Shown piece after piece: positions 62,675 through 64,000 of a DNA stretch of 64,000 nucleotides. The translations under genes were made by a program, and so were the position numbers. Position 1 is the first letter of the stretch. Every line of letters starts with the position of its first letter. This DNA is from an uncultured Desulfobacterales bacterium (GTDB lineage Bacteria; Desulfobacterota; Desulfobacteria; Desulfobacterales; B30-G6): positions 109 to 64,108 of the forward strand of contig CAZWEO010000005.1 of assembly GCA_964633115.1 (NCBI GenBank). Reading direction: 5' to 3'. The notes beneath the pieces were generated by a model. The model made no database searches. It was not told where the DNA came from and was given only the letters and a program-made list of their open reading frames with translations.

Positions 62675-63901
62675 ATGCTTATTGTTGCTATCTTCCTGAC
62701 GATTATATGGACCGGCCAGTCAGGTGCTGCCAGGGCGGTTTTGAACAATGGCCAAGCGATTGATATCCCCGTGGAGCATCTACAGCATATTAAAAATAGC
62801 CCTGGGATCTTTTTCTTTACCTATCCACCTGAAAAAATCTTTAAACACAATATCAAAGACTGGATCGTCATAAAGCTTTCGGATGAACTGGGAGGCGGAT
62901 TTTTAGCTGGTACTTCCGAGAATGTCAACCAAGCTTTTACAGAGCTAAATACAACCGAAAGCATAATAAAATCGGCGCCCAGCCAATCAACAACCTTTCA
63001 ACCGGACCAGGAAAAAGAAAATCCCGATCCCAAAATCGAGATCGAGACCAGCTATGGATATCGTCAAGACCGACTCGATTGGAACATAGCCGGCAACCTC
63101 CAGGGTGAAAACCCCAACATTCTTTCAGAATTGACTTGGGAGGATTTGCTAATTCATGAAATGCGATTGGGTATCCGCACGACTCTGAATCGACCATTCT
63201 ATTTTAGAGGATCGATCCACTATGGCGTGATTGTGGATGGCGAGAATCAGGATTCAGATTATGCCGCCGATGATCGCGAAATGGAGTTTTCACGTTCAAA
63301 TAACAACGCAGATAAGGGTCGTACCCTGGATGGGCTGCTGGGTATTGGGTATAATTTTCGACTTATATCTAAAACTGTGAATTTTGTACCCCAGGCTGGC
63401 TACTCGATTCATAAACAGAATCTAAATATGACAGATGGTTACCAGACAATCACTTGGGCGGGCGGCCCGCCTTTGGGATCATTTGATGGTCTTGACAGTA
63501 CGTATGAGACCCAATGGTGGGGACCCTGGATCGGATTCGATCTGGTGGTGAATATCAAAAAGTCTGTGTCATATCTGCCACCACTTTCGATCCGAGCCGG
63601 ATATGAATATCATTGGGCTGAATATTATGCCCAGGCGGACTGGAATCTGCGTGAGGATTTCGAACATCCCAAAAGTTTTGAGCATGAGGCCGATGGGAGC
63701 GGCTCGCTGATGGGGGTGGAATTGTGTGCCCACATATCAGATCTTTGGTCAGTAACATTCGGGTACGAAACCGAAGTATGGTCGACCGAGGATGGTATCG
63801 ATCGTGTATTTTTAGCAGACGGCACCACGATTTCAACGCGTTTAAACGAGGTTAATTGGCAATCAACAACAATCCAATTCGGATTCAGGTTTCGCTTTTA
63901 A
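62675..63901 (+). CDS. Outer-membrane beta-barrel protein (omptin-like) with N-terminal extra domain
   Basis: Signal peptide, alternating beta-strands, WNIAG...PNILSELTW, QDSDY, C-terminal GFRFRF. Confidence 0.7.
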   Translation: MLIVAIFLTIIWTGQSGAARAVLNNGQAIDIPVEHLQHIKNSPGIFFFTYPPEKIFKHNIKDWIVIKLSDELGGGFLAGTSENVNQAFTELNTTESIIKSAPSQSTTFQPDQEKENPDPKIEIETSYGYRQDRLDWNIAGNLQGENPNILSELTWEDLLIHEMRLGIRTTLNRPFYFRGSIHYGVIVDGENQDSDYAADDREMEFSRSNNNADKGRTLDGLLGIGYNFRLISKTVNFVPQAGYSIHKQNLNMTDGYQTITWAGGPPLGSFDGLDSTYETQWWGPWIGFDLVVNIKKSVSYLPPLSIRAGYEYHWAEYYAQADWNLREDFEHPKSFEHEADGSGSLMGVELCAHISDLWSVTFGYETEVWSTEDGIDRVFLADGTTISTRLNEVNWQSTTIQFGFRFRF

Positions 63902-64000
63902 AATACTTTCTAACTATTTATAAAATAAAAATAATATTTAAATCTACTCAGCAGAAATTTCCACTTGCAAAAGTAATAACATTAGGATTCAAGGAGTCAA

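Overview
Bacterial chromosomal window, most likely from a sulfate-reducing Desulfobacterales-like (Desulfobacterota) organism; this is an inference from protein sequences, e.g. an Acd closely resembling the Desulfococcus glutaryl-CoA dehydrogenase. 0.3-6.8 kb: signalling and envelope genes (pseudo-receiver/TPR protein, FliL-like protein, Ser/Thr kinase-cNMP fusion, USP, lipoprotein, MltD-like LysM transglycosylase). 7.5-39.4 kb: the core transcription/translation supercluster: tRNA-Thr/Tyr/Gly/Thr, tuf, rpmG, tRNA-Trp, secE, nusG, rplKAJL, rpoBC, rpsL-rpsG-tuf (no fusA), and the S10, spc and alpha operons. 39.8-64 kb: peptide deformylase-like protein, TRAP transporter with glutaryl-CoA dehydrogenase and glutaconyl-CoA decarboxylase alpha, a glycogen cluster, a HAD/UroD-like/MFS group and an outer-membrane beta-barrel. 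The most striking observation is a ~100-aa parvulin (PpiC/rotamase)-like domain inserted in-frame in the RNA polymerase beta' subunit. Also notable: a peptide deformylase with a twin-arginine-like signal/anchor, eukaryote-type glycogen debranching and branching enzymes, and a family of intergenic hairpins built from 7-9-bp degenerate units. No CRISPR array, rRNA, transposase or integrase was seen. All homology calls are by eye and from memory; no searches were run.
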